Shown piece by piece: positions 62,530 to 64,000 of a stretch of 64,000 nucleotides of DNA (its first letter is position 1; every line of letters starts with the position of its first letter). The position numbers and the translations under genes were made by a program. This DNA comes from Mobula hypostoma (lineage: Eukaryota): assembly GCF_963921235.1 (NCBI RefSeq), contig NC_086097.1, positions 64,668,001 to 64,732,000 of the forward strand, given 5' to 3'. The notes below the pieces were generated by a model. It had not been told where the DNA came from, searched no databases, and saw only the letters and a list, made by a program, of their open reading frames with translations.

Positions 62530-63065
62530 TTTTCTTGCAGATCTTGCACTACACTTTCTTATTTACATGGATTTAGTATTGTTCAAAATACAGTACTGTG
62601 CTAAAGTTGTAGGCACATGTACTGTAGCAACTTTATGTATTACACTCTACTGCTGCCACGAAAAAAAGACCAATTTCATAACATATGTGAGCAATGATAA
62701 ACCTGATTCTGACATGCGTCTCTATTGTGAACTGAGAGTGGAAAGCGGGGGAGTCATGATTAGGAAAAGGGGAAGTGGGGGGGAATGAGAAGCACCAGAG
62801 AGACATTCTATAATGATCAATAAACCAATTGTTTGGAATCAAATGACCTTGCCTGGTGTCTCAGGGATGGGTATATCTGAACACACACCCCTGCCCCTGC
62901 CACTCTTCTCTGCCATCTCACACCCCTCCTGGGGCTTTCCACCTTCACCATTCCCAACATCCTTTGCTAGTCAGATTTACAAACTTGTTCTTCACTCCAC
63001 ATTGACAAATACAGTACTGTGCAAAAGACTTAGGCCCCCTAGCTATATATATGTGCCTAAGACTT
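62530..63065. mobile_element. LINE 3' tail associated with a composite non-autonomous repeat
   Basis: 'atgataaacctgattctga' tail; 'aaatacagtactgtgc.aaag' occurs at about 62586 and 63007; family unresolved. Confidence 0.45.
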
Positions 63066-63354
63066 TTAAAAATAATGGCACAGGCCAAAAATATCAGAAT
63101 ACTTTCCTGTTAAACAAGTAGACCCTTCAAAGTTAATTAGGATTGGGATAGCAATACATTTTTGTGCTCTTACCAGAGTTGAGTTGTTCCAATGATAACC
63201 TCAGCTGTATCTTTAATTTGACAACAGTTTATAGCTGATGTAATAACAAACATAGTTGAAAAATAAAAGCATGAATGTAATTTTACTTGGGGCATATCTA
63301 GGGCAAGAAAGAATATGAGGTTGGAAAAGGAACTTCTGCGATTAAAAAAAGAGG

Positions 63355-63465
63355 ACCATGCCTAGGCATCATCCCTGATGAAGATGGTGGAGTTTGTCAT
63401 CAAAACATCGGTTATAATTGATACCTGTACCCAGCTGGACGCCTGAGAAGAGTTTATTCGTAACT
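63355..63465 (+). mobile_element. Terminus of a second Penelope-like family with a degenerate hammerhead (63371-63413)
   Basis: cc CTGATGA a gatggtggagtttgtcatc (a)AAA catc gg; stem II gatg/catc. Two G>A changes at probable CpG sites would inactivate GAAA and GUC. Confidence 0.65.
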
Positions 63466-64000
63466 ATTATTCATGTCTATCAGGAAATTCAATTTTTGCA
63501 AATAAGTGAGGAAAACAATATAGCCTATAAAAAAGTAAAAGCCGTCTATTAGGTATGTCATTGGAAAACCATTAACAAATTTATCTTAAGCTACTATACA
63601 TAATATATGGTAACTATATTGACAATAGCTTCTGAATTATAATATTTGAAAAAATATTAATGCTTTCATTAAACCATCTGACAGAGGAAAGATATATGGA
63701 TCTCCCAAAGTCCTTTCATTAACACCACCACTTGTTTCCAGGCTAACACTGCAATGTAGAACCGACAGCACATCATTAGTTAGGATAGTTTACAAATTAA
63801 TTCTTAAAAGGTGATAGTGTGCATGTATGTAATGTATTACTTTCTATCTTTGTACTTTTCTAGGAATGCAGGCTCTTACCACGTAATAGTGCTAACCATC
63901 CAACTGTATGATTTATTTCCATTAGCGTCTTACTAATGGACGATTAATGGACAGCAATGTGCAAAGGTGAACGGTCGCATTAGATTGTTAGTGTATTACA

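Noticed and set aside
1..64000. Prokaryotic-type systems (operons, CRISPR-Cas, defence islands) and rRNA genes
   Set aside because: The sequence is vertebrate repeat-rich non-coding DNA with no such motifs or gene density.

Overview
This is a 64-kb non-coding (intronic or intergenic) stretch of a vertebrate genome, most likely a cartilaginous fish (ray or shark). That assignment is inferred from the repeat content: HE1-type V-SINEs, CR1, Rex1/Babar and Penelope-like families. I recognise no host protein-coding exon. Nearly all supplied ORFs are fragments of decayed mobile elements. These include CR1, Rex1/Babar and L1 LINEs, three Gypsy LTR elements from different clades, a Tc1 (DD34E, IR/DR) transposon, Tigger- and Tc1-derived non-autonomous elements, tRNA-derived SINEs and a LINE-derived 33-bp minisatellite. 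The most notable signal is a set of Penelope-like insertions carrying minimal hammerhead ribozymes. Three form TSD-flanked inverted repeats with a one-sided tail of about 30-37 nt. One of them (43439-43817) is built from a 217-nt hammerhead-containing unit copied more than once, as expected for a retrozyme-like tandem or circular RNA template. Family names come from recognised motifs, not database searches. Boundaries of old elements are approximate.
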